Shown piece after piece: positions 52,026 through 64,000 of a stretch of DNA of 64,000 bases. The stretch spans positions 32,240,001 through 32,304,000 of the forward strand of contig NC_043012.1 in assembly GCF_006345805.1 (NCBI RefSeq), given 5' to 3'. The notes below the pieces were generated by a model. It was not told where the DNA came from. It did not search any database and saw nothing but the letters and a program-made list of their open reading frames with translations. The position numbers and the translations under genes were made by a program. How positions within the stretch are numbered: position 1 is the first letter of the stretch; every line of letters starts with the position of its first letter. This DNA is from Octopus sinensis. Taxonomy: Eukaryota.

Positions 52026-53770
52026 TATAGAGGCACCCAGCATTGCCCAGGAATGAAATTGTTCTTTATATATTGGTTGAAAAAAGCCAAATATGTTGTA
52101 TAGAAATTTGTTATTCTAAATTCAATTTATTCTTCATTTGATATACAATTTATTCCTTAATTGAGAAATCAATTCTGAATTCATAATGCAAAATAATAAT
52201 AATAACAACAACAACAACAACAATAATAATAATAATAATAAATAATAAATGGAAATACAAAATTTACCACTTTTATGAAAGGAGATATATTCTACCATAT
52301 ATGTTGGAGGAAATTATGTAAGAGCTTCTGGGTAAAGAACATTCTTTGTTTTCTGGTTTGGAGCATAGACAAATAAGTTTTGCAAACTACCAACCTTGGA
52401 GTAACCAACATAATGTTGACCATGAGAAAAGCAAGTCAGTAGATTTCAAAGTCTGACCATGAGCTTTATTAATAAACATTGCAAAGCAAAGTCACATTGG
52501 GAATTGTGTTCGTTTGAACTCAAATAGCATGTCTGTTGGTTTGATTGGAATTCTTGGAATGAAAACCTCTTTCCCAGAGGTACATCCAGTGATGATGGTA
52601 GCTTGTATCACATTAGGTGATAATGTCTTCACAATCAACCTTGTCCCATTGCATAATTTAGGAGGATCTAAATTTCTTAGAAGCATTATTTGGACTCCCA
52701 CATTCAGAAAAAGTTTATGTGGAGGAGTTTCAGGTGGTTCAAGAGAATTAAGGAACTCTGTTGGGTAATGGACAGGTCGACCAATTTATTTCATCATCAT
52801 CATCATCATCATCATCGTTTAGCATCTGCTTTCCATGTTGGCATGGGTTGGACTGTTTGACTGAGGTCTGGCAAGCCAGTGGGTTGCACCAGGCTCCAAT
52901 CTGATCAGGCAATGTTTCTACAGCTGGATGCCCTTCCTATAGCCAACCACACCAACAGTGTAGTGGGTGCCTTTTTTGTGCCACCGGCATGGGAGCCAGT
53001 CAGGGGCACTGGCATCAACCATGTTCAATTTATACTCCTTAATGATTGTTGGACTCTTATTTGTTAATTCATGGTTAATCCTTGCTATTGTTTCATTTTT
53101 TTGAGCAAGAATTTCCCTTTCACACAACCATTTATGCGAATTATTATTATTACTTAAGTCTGATATCAGTATTCCCATCAAATGTTACTTTCCCATTTCC
53201 TAATTGGAGGAGCCAGGTTGAAAACTGTTTTGCACATTGGCCCCATGTAGTAAAGCTCACATGTTGGTATTGAAGGAGAATTTCTGTACTCTTATTCCAT
53301 AGGTGTGAAGACTTAATGCATGCTTTTATTTCATCAGGTCTTGTTTGTCTTGGAATGACTGGTAATGTCTGTCTGAAGTTTCCTGATAAAAACTAATGTA
53401 ACTCCTTCCATAGATTCATTGTTGCTTCTGATGTCCTGTAAGTTTTATCAAGAGCTTCCATTGCACCTCTATGTGATATGATGCATTCATCCCAAATGGT
53501 AAGGTGGCATTGGCACAACATTTCTGCTGAACCCGAATCTTTGCTTATGTTACAAATTGGATGTCATTTGTGACCAGGTTTAGCAGTAATTTAAAAGCAG
53601 AATGAGCTGTTTGTCCTCTTGGGAGAATGGGGGCAACAAAGCCAGACAATGCTACAGCAGCTGCAATTCTTTTTTCTTGTCTTACCTTGGAGAGAAGCAA
53701 TGTCATTAGAAATGTTTTACCTGTACCACAAAGAAGCATCAAGAAAGATCATTCCTCTGCTTTTTTCTGG
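52026..53770 (-). pseudogene. Helitron relic: Pif1-type helicase fragments and 3' hairpin
   Basis: [42 protein letters not shown] motifs; terminal hairpin-like CCTGGGCAATGCTGGG. Confidence 0.9.
52791..53025 (-). mobile_element. RTE 3'-tail repeat inserted in the Helitron
   Basis: (CAT)n + tail consensus. Confidence 0.8.
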
Positions 53771-53922
53771 CGATTGGGGAACACTACATGTGCGCACACA
53801 CAAACACTCATACATATGCATACAGTCTCAACAGATGAAATGGACGTGTGTATGTGAGAGAGAGAGAGAGAGTTAGTCAAGGGGTGTGTCATGTAAACAT
53901 ACATACATAAATAAGCAAACAT

Positions 53923-53954
<32 letters not shown>

Positions 53955-54267
53955 AGATAGCGAGTGCTACTTAGACATCACTCTCTCTCTCTCACACACA
54001 GACATGCACACATACTTACAGAAATGATGTAGGCATGTGTATTTATGTATGTATGTATACATGACAACACACACATACATAAATGTATACAAACGTACAC
54101 ACAAAAACATGCATGTGTGACTGACTACAAATACATAGAGCTGAACACAGTGCGCAAAAAGTAAATAAATAAAATCATTTTATAGAAATTAACTGTGTGC
54201 GAGTTCCAGCGAAAGAATGCTCATAATTTTTGGATGCCCCATGTTGAATTGCAAAATTTTAATGTGA

Positions 54268-54720
54268 TCATCATCATCATCATTGTTTAACATCCGTTTT
54301 CCATGCTAGCATGGGTTGGATGGTTCGACCGGGGTCTGGGAAGCCGGGAGGCTGCACCAGTCTGATCTGGCAGTGTTTCTACAGCTGGATGCCTTTCCTA
54401 ACGCCAACCACTTCGTGAGTGTAGTGGGTGCTTTTTACGTGCCACCGGGACAGGTGCCAGGGGAGGCTGGCAACAGCCATGATCAGTTGGTGGTTTTTAC
54501 GTGCCACCGGCATGGAAGCCAGTCAGGGCGGTGCTGGCATTGGCAACGTACGGATGGTGCATTTTACATGCCACCGGCACAGGTATCGCAACCACAATTT
54601 CCATTTGATTTTTGATGCTGACGTACTTGACTCAATAGGTCTCCTCAAGCACAGCAGGCTGTCCTGTGATCCAAGGCACTTTGGAAGGGCTGGGGCTTCT
54701 ATGTGAAGCTGGTGCAGGAA
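54268..54720 (-). mobile_element. RTE 3'-tail repeat
   Basis: Tail consensus with modules. Confidence 0.8.
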
Positions 54721-55197
54721 ACAACCATGAACTCACATTATTTGTCGGATCATTTGTGTAATAACGAAATCAAACCTGGAATGTGTGTGTGTGTGAGATA
54801 GAGAGAGATAGAGAGAGAGAGTGGAGAGAGAACATTGCATGCAATGAATGAGATAAAGATGAAATGAAAAAGAATCATATAAATAAAAGCACATTAAAAA
54901 CTATCTTGTACTGAATATTTAAATTTGTGAACTTAGTAAATATTTCTTTCAGTAATTTACCATCCTTGTTTACAAATAGTGAATTAAAACTTGAAATGAA
55001 AACATCAAAATAACGAGTGAGAGACTTCGCCAATTTTACGTCAATACTGGAAGTTGACATTGAGAAACCTTTTTAAAGAAGTGAATATTATTTATTTCTA
55101 ATAAAAAAAATAAACTGATGACCCTATTAGGTATCCGAGGTCAAATTATTCATGCATCCCAAGTATGGAAGCAAATTGTGCAGCTGTTTTCATGTGA

Positions 55198-55241
<44 letters not shown>

Positions 55242-55984
55242 AATATATATTCCACTCTTTGTTCTTTCATCCCCTCTCTCTCACAATTCCTTGCCTTCTC
55301 TTCATGCCCACCTTCCCTCCTCCTTCACTTTACTCTGTCCCTTTCATTTTCTTCTCGCCCCTCCTTGATTCTTCTATCCCTCTTTCTCTACCCCTCTCTT
55401 TTCTCTCACCACGTGATCGGAGTTCAGCCAAGCCTGACATTTCTTTCTTGGTTCAACTACTATCCGTGCAAAATCTGTATTCCTCTCTGTGCCAATCAAA
55501 TCTTATGTCCATACCGTAAGGCTTCACTTCCACACACGCCAGCTTAATTTAATTCGTCCTTAGTTGAAAGACACCCATTGTTAATGTCCTGTTATTTGTA
55601 TTTGTGTACCATTTCTCCGTTTTTTTCCGTCCTTATTTTCGTATACATTCTCTGCTTTCTTTCAAGGAATCTAATGCTCTTAGCTTAGTTTTTCTTTGGG
55701 GCTGGCCAGATTGGAGTAATCTCGAGTATAACCAGCCGAAATTGCGAAGATAATCTGGAACTCAACTGAGGAAAGAAAACTCCGAATGACCCATCCTTGT
55801 TTTTTTTTGTATCGTCTATCTGGATGTTTTGTTGTCCCTTTTTTGTATCACCTAACTGTCTGGATGTTTTGCATTCTTGTCCAATTTTGTATTTTTTATA
55901 TATATATATTTATACACACACACACACACACACACAGACACTTCTATACACACACATACAAATGGTATTTGTTGGGTCTTAGCA

Positions 55985-56225
55985 AAAAGACCTCTATCTC
56001 TAGAGGTCTTTTTGCATTGCCTCTGTGAGGTCCAATGTTTGAAGGTCATGCTTCACTACCTCATCCCATGTCTTCCTGGGTCTACCTTTACCCCAGATTC
56101 CTTCAACTGTTTGGGAGTGGCACTTCTTCACACAGCTCTCCTCATCCATCCATAGTACATGACCATACCAGCGCAAATGTCTCTCTTGCACGCCACATCT
56201 GATGCTTCTTATGTCCAACTGCAAG
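55985..56225 (-). mobile_element. RTE ORF C-terminal fragment
   Basis: LRWYGHV...GRPRKTW, same as 58787-59092. Confidence 0.85.
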
Positions 56226-56329
56226 TTTGTCAGTGGGATTTAATTCACGTAAGTCCAGTGACTGGTTCTCAGATAGATCAGCAGAAATTCATGATCTACT
56301 TTTAGTAAAACAAAACTTAGGTGATACAT

Positions 56330-57490
56330 TTTTTTCTCAGTCCTTGAACCCCAACTCAAACGAAGCTTACAGAAAGCTGAAAAGGAAAGTGCAGATTGCT
56401 CCAAGGAGAAAGTAAACAGGAATGGTGGAATGATAGAGCAAAAGGGGCACAAGAAGCAGCTGTTAGAAATGATGCCAAGGGTTTGTACTCTTATGTTAAG
56501 GAGGTATATGGCCCAAAATCTTCTTCGATAGCTCCAGTCAGAACAGCATATGGATGTTTGCTTCTGACTGACACTGCTTCTATTCATAAGCGCTGGGTAG
56601 AATATTTTTCCTTATTTTTGAACAGACCAGCAGGACGATAGAAAAATTCGAACACCTTCCAGTTATAGAGGAGATGGCATTTGAACCAACCCTAAATGAC
56701 ATTTATTTAGCTGTGAATAAGCTGAATAACAATAAGTCTCCAGGGTCTGATGGAATCTGTGCAGAAGTCTTGAAATATGGGGATGACAAAATGTTTGAAC
56801 TCTTGAATATATTAATTTGTCACTTTTGGAGAATTGAGAAAGTGCCTCAAGACTGAATTGATGCTGTTTTAGTCTCCTTGTATAAATCAGGGCCAATGGC
56901 TCTGTGTGGTAATTTTCATAGGATTTCGCTTTTGTCTGTGGTTGGAAAGGTACCTGCCTGCATTTTGTTAGAACGTTTAAATACCTTTATAGTTCCAAAT
57001 GTAGTGTCTGAGTCTCAGTGTGATTTTCGTTCCTCCAGGGGCACAGCTGATTGTATCTTTACTGTCAGACAATTTCAGGAAAAGTGCATTGAACAGAATC
57101 TTGCTCTATGCCATTGCCCAGAAAAATTTGTAAACATGATCAGGGTTTTGCATCAAGATATGAAAGCTAGAGTTAACTTTGGTGGTAGGCTCTCTGAATC
57201 TTTTGCCATGGAAAATGGAGTAAAGGAAAGAGACCTTGATGCACCCACCCTCTTTGCAATGTACTTTGTTGTTGTGTTGTCACATGCTTTTCAAAACTCT
57301 GAGGAGGGTGTTTACATAAAATATCGAACAACAGGGAATGTTTTTAATCTGACCAGGCTGAAATTCAAAACAAAGGTTTTTAATTCACTCATTAGGGAAC
57401 ACTGACGATTGCAATTTTGTCAGTCATTCTGAAACAGGTCTACAATCTCTTGTATCTGCATTTGACTTGGCTACTGAAGACTTGCGTAGG
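56330..57490 (+). pseudogene. Degraded RTE-type RT (second family)
   Basis: KSPGSDGICAE, NFHRISLLSVVGK, ESQCDFR, IFTVRQFQEKC, GVKE.DLDAPTLF. Confidence 0.85.
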
Positions 57491-57621
57491 TTTGAAAGAA
57501 ATGAAGCTACTATGATCCTGGTGCAGCCTCCTGACTTGCCAGTCTTCAGTCAAACAGTCCAACCCATGCCAGCATGGAAAGTGGACGGTAAACGATAATG
57601 ATGATGTTGATGATGATACAT

Positions 57622-57663
<42 letters not shown>

Positions 57664-58296
57664 GTATGTATATATATATCTTACTATGATGAGTGTTATG
57701 TCTGTCTGTTTAGCAAAAAAAAGTGTGGAAAAGTATGATTATTTAGTGGATATTGAGGGTAATTGTTCAGTTTATGGGCATAAAATAGTAAATAAAAATT
57801 ACAGCCAAGTAGAAGGGAAGTAAGTCAACTTACTTCTCCACTGAATTACACCATATAGTTCAGGATAGTTTTATTAAGGAATGATTGTGATGACTTTGGC
57901 TCATCTGTTACGCCATATATGAAAGTTTTAATTTAGGATAGCTTTATTAAGAAATGATTGTGATAGCTTTGGCTCATCTTTAATCGGTGTATGAACAGTT
58001 AGCGATACTGTGTTTTGTATTAATAAATCACCTTTGATTTTTTTGTTAAAATTCCGGTGACGAGGATTAACTATGCATTAGATCCCTATATAGTTCATGA
58101 ATTTAAAAGGTTTAGATTTGTGATACTATCCTTTTATTTCCCATCATAGATGAGCAGATTCCTAAAGATTTTGCTTGTACATTCACAGCAAACAAGGCAC
58201 TTTAGATCATGTAGGTGTATTTTAACCCACTCTGATGTTTGCACACAGCCAGTTATCCATCACTGTGAGTAGAGCAACAGACTCCTGTAATTTGAA

Positions 58297-58330
<34 letters not shown>

Positions 58331-58334
<4 letters not shown>

Positions 58335-61100
58335 TCATCATCATCATTTAACGTCCGCTTTCCATGCTGGCATGGGTTGGACGATTCAACTGGGGTCTGG
58401 GAAGCCAGAAGGCTGCACCAGGCCCAGTCTGATCTGGCAGTGTTTCTACAGCTGGATGCCCTTCCTAATGCCAACCACTCCATGAGTGTAGTGGGTGTTT
58501 TTTACGTGCCACCGGCACGGAGGCCAGTCAGGCGGCGCTGGCTACGGCCACGTTCGGATGGTTCTCTTACGTGCCGCCGGCCATGTTCGGATGGTTCTCT
58601 TACGTGCCGCCGGCACTGGTATCACAGCTACAAATTCCATTGATGTTGATAGATTACGATTTGATTTTGATCTTGATCTTCACTTGCCTCAACAGGTCTT
58701 CACAAGTGGAGTTTTGTGTCCCAAGAAGGAAAGGAATGCATAAGTGGGCTGGCTACATCCCAGGTGTAGGCTACAGGATTATGGTCTCACTTGTCCTGCC
58801 GGGTCTTCTCACGCACAGTATGCTTCCATAGGTCTCGGTCTCTAGTGATTTCCTCAGTGAGACCTAAAGTTTGAAGGTCATGCTTCACCATCTCATCCCA
58901 GGTTTTCCTGGGTCTACCTCTTCCACAGGTTCCCTCAACCGCTAGGGTGTGGCACTTTTTCATGCAACTATCTTCATCCATTCTTGCCACATGACCATAC
59001 CAGCGCAAACGTCTCTCTTGCACACCACAACTGATGCTTCTTATGTCTAACTTTTCTCTCAAAGAACTTACACTCTGTCGAGTATACTCCATCGGAGCAT
59101 ACTGGCTTCATTTCTTGCAAGCTTACGCATATCCTCAGCAGTCACGGCCTATGTTTCACTGCCATGTAGCATAGCTGTTCGTACACATGCGTCATACAAT
59201 CTGCCTTTTACTCTGAGCGAGAGGCCTTTTGTCACCAGCAGAGGTAAGAGCTCTCTGAACTTTGCCCAGGCTATTCTTACTCTAGCAGTTACACTTTCAG
59301 CACACCCACCCCCGCTGCTGACTTGGTCACCTAGGTAACGGAAGCTATCAACTACTTCTAGTTTTTCTCCCTGGAATGTGGCGGAAGATGGTCTCTGCGT
59401 ATTTTCAGTGTTTATTACTCCCGAGCATCTGCCACATACAAAAACTATTTTCCTAGTTAGCATTCCTTTGACATTGCTGCACCTCTTATGTGTCCATAGC
59501 TTACACTTGGTGCATCTTATAGAGTTTCTACCTACGCCTTTTCTACAGATTGAGCAGGGCCATCTACCTGAGGGTGTTTGTGATTTGTCTACCTTCCTAC
59601 TTATTAGAACTTTGGTTTTAGCTAGGTTGACTCTAAGGCCCTTCAATTCTAATCCTTGCTTCCACACCTGAAACTTCTCCTCCAGTTCTGATAGTGACTC
59701 AGCAATTAGGGCAAGGTCATCAGCATAGAGGAGCTCCCAGGGGCAACCTGTCTTGAATTTCTCCGTTATTGCTTGGAGGACTATGATAAATAGGAGAGGG
59801 CTGAGGACTGAACCTTGGTGGACCCCTACCTCTGCCCGGAATTCTTCACTGTACTCGTTGCCAACCCTCACCTTACTAACAGCATCCCTGTACATGGCTC
59901 GTACAGCTCTCACTATCCATTCATCTATCCCTAGTTTCCTCATTGACCACCAGATAAGGGATCGGGGGACCCTGTCAAAGGCTTTTTCCATGTCGACGAA
60001 AGCCAGGTACAGAGGTTTATTTTTGGCTAGGTATTTCTCCTGCAGCTGTCTCACCAGAAATATGGCATCAGTGGTGCTTTTCCCTGGCACGAATCCAAAC
60101 TGCATCTCGTCCAAGTTGACTCTCTCCCTAATCAGTTGGGCTATGACCCTCTCCGTAACCTTCATTACCTGATCCAACAGCTTGATACCTCTGTAATTAT
60201 TTGTATCTAGGGCGTCACCTTTACCTTTGTAGCAGTTGACTATTATGCTGCTACACCAGTCATTGGGTATGACTCCTTCGTGTATCACCTGGTTAACTAT
60301 ATGGGTGACTAGGCTATGGCCAACACTGCCAGATATTTTGAGCATCTCTGCAGTAATTCCTGATGGGCCTGGGGCTTTCCCTGTCTTCATGCTTCTAATT
60401 GCCTTAACTACCAAAGAACTGTCAACTCGGATAGCTGGTCCCTCTGTTGGGTCGACATTCGGCAGACTCTCTTTATCCCATTCATTTTCTTTATTCAGCA
60501 ACCTTTCATAGTGGCATCTCCAAACTTCTCTCTTTGCATCCTCATTTAGTGCAAGTGAACCATCATCCATGCGGACACATTTCTCTCCTACCACATCACG
60601 ATTCTCTCCCACACACAGTCTTGCAACACGAAATACCTCAAGTCTTTGGTCCTCACAGCGCAGAACATTGGCAAATTTTTTGTTATCTGCTTCCCCTCTG
60701 GCTAAATAAACCTGTCTCCTAGCTTCCCTTCTGGCAGTCTGATACAATTCCCTGCTACCTCCATTCTTCCAGTCCCTCCAAGCCTGTTTCTTTTGTCTAA
60801 TAGCCCTGTCAACCACATTGTTCCACCACCACATTACCCTGGGTCGAGATGGGACTTTGCTCCATCCACAGATCTGGTCAGTGGCTGTCAGCAGATTGTC
60901 CCGTAGAAACCTCCAGTTTTCTTCCACATTATGTGAAGCTATATCCCCTTCTATGTCATCGAAGACTTCGAGTAGTACGTCTCTAAATCTCTGTCCATTT
61001 GCAGGATCTTTAAGCTTCCAGATCCTTCTCCTCCAAGCTGGTCTTCTTCTGGGCAACTATTTAGCTCTGATCCTGAAGTCGCTAACTACTAATCTATGTT
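58331..61100 (-). mobile_element. 5'-truncated RTE LINE with 3' UTR and (ATG)n tail
   Basis: End of endonuclease (HRLVVSDF), RT ORF, C-terminus, 3' UTR and tail abutting (TA)n. Confidence 0.95.
59149..61056 (-). pseudogene. RTE reverse transcriptase ORF (635 aa; premature TAG, then frameshift to 58787-59092)
   Basis: KAPGPSG, NYRGIKLL, QFGF, FVDMEKAFD, GVHQGSVLSPLLF, YADD, FRYLG; embedded C4HC3 finger. Confidence 0.93.
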
Positions 61101-61171
61101 GAGATCATCATCATCATCTTCGTTTAGCATACGCTTTCCATGCTAGCATGGGTTATATATATTTATATATT

Positions 61172-61463
61172 CGAATGTGATCGTTACCAACGTCGCCTTA
61201 CAAGCACCTGTGCCGGTGGCATGTGTAAAAAGATTTGAGCGAGGTCATTGCCAATATTGCCTGACTGGCCCCCGTGTTGGTGGCACATAAAATGCACCCA
61301 CTACACTCTGAGTGGTTAGCGTTAGGAAGGGCATCCAGCTGTAGAAACTCTGCCAGATCAAGATTGGAGCCTGGTGCAGCCATCTGGTTCGCCAGCCCTC
61401 AGTCAAAATCGTCCAACCCATGCTAGCATGGAAAGCAGACATGAAACGATGATGATGATGATG
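61172..61463 (+). mobile_element. RTE 3'-tail repeat
   Basis: Highly similar to 2057-2352. Confidence 0.85.
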
Positions 61464-62045
61464 TTGGCCAAATAGAAAATATTGTCTACAAAGAAGTTTT
61501 GTAATCATATTGATATTATCGAAAAGAATATGTTTCATATTTTAAATAAGGAAATTTGTGATCTTTGAATATAAACAAGCGTAAAATAGTGTAAACAACT
61601 AAAATAAAAGTATATCTAAATAACAATTTTTCTTAATACTTTTTATGTAGTGGTCGAAGGAAGCTCTAACTTTCCTCATGAGTGGTCCACATAACCATTC
61701 ATGATAGATACAAAGGCTGGGAGCCTATTTCAGTTCAGGAGTGAATCATCACATGTCACTGAGTCACAAACACACGTCATATAGCTGCAATAGAATGCTG
61801 TATCACCAACAATAATGTGATTTCTCTAAGACATTGCCCAGTAATCTTTCAAGTTCATTTACACATTTCTCAATACATACTACTGCTATGACTTTCCTCC
61901 CTCATTTTATGCCTCCATCATAGATGGGTAGATTTGCAAGTATATATATGTGTATGTGCTTGTGCCACATAAAAAGCACTAAGTCCACTCTGCTGAATAA
62001 AGAAGCATTGTTTTTGACAAAATAATGTGATTGCAAAAGAGTTAA

Positions 62046-62250
62046 CCCTTTAGAGTTTAGACTGGCCATATCTGACCCAAATATTCTACTTGTTTCATAT
62101 GTTGACTGGCCAAATCTAGCCTCTCACACTTATCTAACAATGTCATTCTAAAAAATAAATAATCGCATTATTGAAATCTTGAAGCTATGAGAAAATGTGT
62201 AATTAAATCAAAACAATGTAAATACATAAACATTCGTTTGTCCAAGTAAT
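62046..62250 (+). mobile_element. piggyBac-like MITE, right end missing
   Basis: TTAA|CCCTTTAG, colinear with 24519-25148. Confidence 0.65.
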
Positions 62251-62310
62251 TTACAACAACATCTTTATTGATTTTTAAATTTTTAAATTTTTATTCTATT
62301 TTTTTTCTAG

Positions 62311-62760
62311 TGTCATCTTTCATAGACACTGCCGATGTAGGAGAATCAAGTATGAATAAAAATGGCAATGATATTCCACACCCTCATTGGTTGGCAGAGA
62401 ACCGACTTACAACATTTCAAAACTGGACTAATAAACATGTGTCAAAGGAACGGATTGCTGAAGCTGGATTTATTTATACAGGAGGAGACAGCAAAGTAAA
62501 ATGTGTTTTTTGTTATTTAATAATCGATGAATGGAATGAAGGCGATGACCCTTTCGAGAAACACCAAGAACTGAATGCGTTTTGTCCCTTTTTGAAAATC
62601 CAAGCAAAAAAGACTGCATCAGAGAACAATATAATCGTACATAAACCCTATTTTCCACAATACAGTTCAAAAGGCTCAAGAGAACTAACGTTTGAAACAT
62701 GGCCAAGAGGTCAATATCCACCGCCAAAACTATTAATTGATTCAGGATTCTTTTACACAG
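62311..62760 (+). CDS. Inhibitor of apoptosis (IAP/BIRC family) coding exon: one complete BIR and start of a second
   Basis: RLTTF..W, AEAGF, C-x2-C-x16-H-x6-C; second BIR to SGFFYT; acceptor TTCTAG at 62310, phase-1 donor GTTAGG at 62761; in-frame ATG at 62352. Confidence 0.93.
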
Positions 62761-63229
62761 GTTAGGAACCATTTCATTATTTTCTGTTGATTGGTAATCA
62801 TCGTTATCATTTAAATGTCTGTTTTCCATGCTGGCATTGTAATGTATCTACTCTGCATTTACACATTGTGTTTTATGAGGATGTGTTTGTAGTTTGTGCT
62901 AATTACTAAAAACAATAAGACATCCATTAGTTTTTCTCTAAGTGTTGCTGCTGGTTAGAGCTACGGATATCCATTTTCCTGGGGAAAAGGATAAGTATTG
63001 TAAATACTAGTTGTTCCTTGTATCATTGTTGAAAATGGCTGATGCCATATGGAGGCCTGGCCCTCTGTTGGTTATGATGGTTATGAGTATTCCAGTTGAT
63101 TCGATCGTCTGAACAGCCTGCTCATGAGGTTAACATGCAAGTGGCTGAGTACTCCACAGACACACATATGCTTAATGTAGTTTCTTTAAGGGGAAAATGA
63201 TTTATTTAAAATAAAATATTAATCTTTAT

Positions 63230-64000
63230 ATAATAATAATAATATAATAATGAAATTATTGTATACAGTGCTCAGGTGCACCACAACTTGTCAAAAGTGC
63301 GTATAGAGTATATGCAGTAATGTACAAATGTCTGGAAAGCGATCAGTGTATGAGTCAGATACATGCTTGCGTGTGTATGGAGGGGAGAAAATCAGGTGTA
63401 GTGTTGGTGAATCTCAGGAAGCATGGAAGTTTTGAAGGATGCAGTGCTCCGACAACTAACAACTGTTGCCGGCAGTTCATTCCATATTTCAGCAACTCTT
63501 AGTGTAAAAAAAATGTTTCCGAAAGTCATGGGAGCTGTGTTGTTTTCTGACTTTGTAAACATGTCCACAGGTGTTAGACAGAAGGCGGCGAGCTGGCAGA
63601 AACGTTAGCACGCCGGGCGAAATGCTTAGCGGTATTTCGTCTGCGTTACGTTGTGAGTTCAAATTCCGCCGAGGTCGACTTTGCCTTTCATCCTTTCGGG
63701 GTCGATAAATTAAGCACCAGTTACGAACTGGGGTCGATGTAATCGACTTAATACCTATGTCTGTCCTTGTTTGTTCCCTCTGTGTTTAGCCCCTTGTGGG
63801 TAATAAGGAAATAGGTGTTAGACAGATGGAGTTTGAAAAGGTGCTCAGAGTTATTGTTAGTAAGATGGTTAATAATTTTATGGGTGTCTGCCAAGTCAGT
63901 TGCCAGACGTCGGAGTATCAATGTATCCATGCCCAGGGAAGTAAGGTGTTCAGAGTATGGCAAATGCCTGATGGAGGGTATTCTTTTGGTTGCACGTCAC
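63230..64000 (-). mobile_element. CR1-like LINE 3' end
   Basis: YSEHLTSLG..LRRLATDL...GHVYK...FFTLRVAEIWNELP; (ATT)n tail. Confidence 0.85.
63583..63812 (+). mobile_element. Young full-length SINE family A in the CR1 element
   Basis: 14-bp TSD AGGTGTTAGACAGA. Confidence 0.92.

Noticed and set aside
59378-61102. Plus-strand ORFs over the RTE
   Set aside because: Antisense shadows of the RT ORF
62268-62310. N-terminal part of the 165-aa ORF before the BIR exon
   Set aside because: It is the intronic polypyrimidine tract and acceptor

Overview
AT-rich, microsatellite- and transposon-dense eukaryotic genomic DNA. The repeat families look like those of octopus/cephalopod genomes (inference from recalled repeat sequences, not a search). 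Host genes visible: a probable terminal coding exon of an unidentified + strand gene (18428-18613) with a long 3' UTR; an intact tRNA-Pro(TGG) (34801-34872); and a BIR-domain coding exon of an inhibitor-of-apoptosis (IAP) gene (62311-62760), with a possible non-coding first exon near 48.0 kb. The rest is mobile-element sequence: a 5'-truncated RTE LINE with a PHD-type finger inside its RT, many RTE 3' tails, three tRNA-derived SINE families, hAT/piggyBac/Tc1 relics and MITEs, Helitron pieces, a rearranged gag-protease-only Gypsy element, and CR1-like and Penelope-like fragments. The most unusual signals are hammerhead-ribozyme-like motifs (some with very long stem II) in Penelope-like or (TA)n-embedded modules, and two abutting near-perfect palindromes at 12.9-13.4 kb. 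Most short ORFs in the track are spurious. Boundaries of decayed repeats are approximate.
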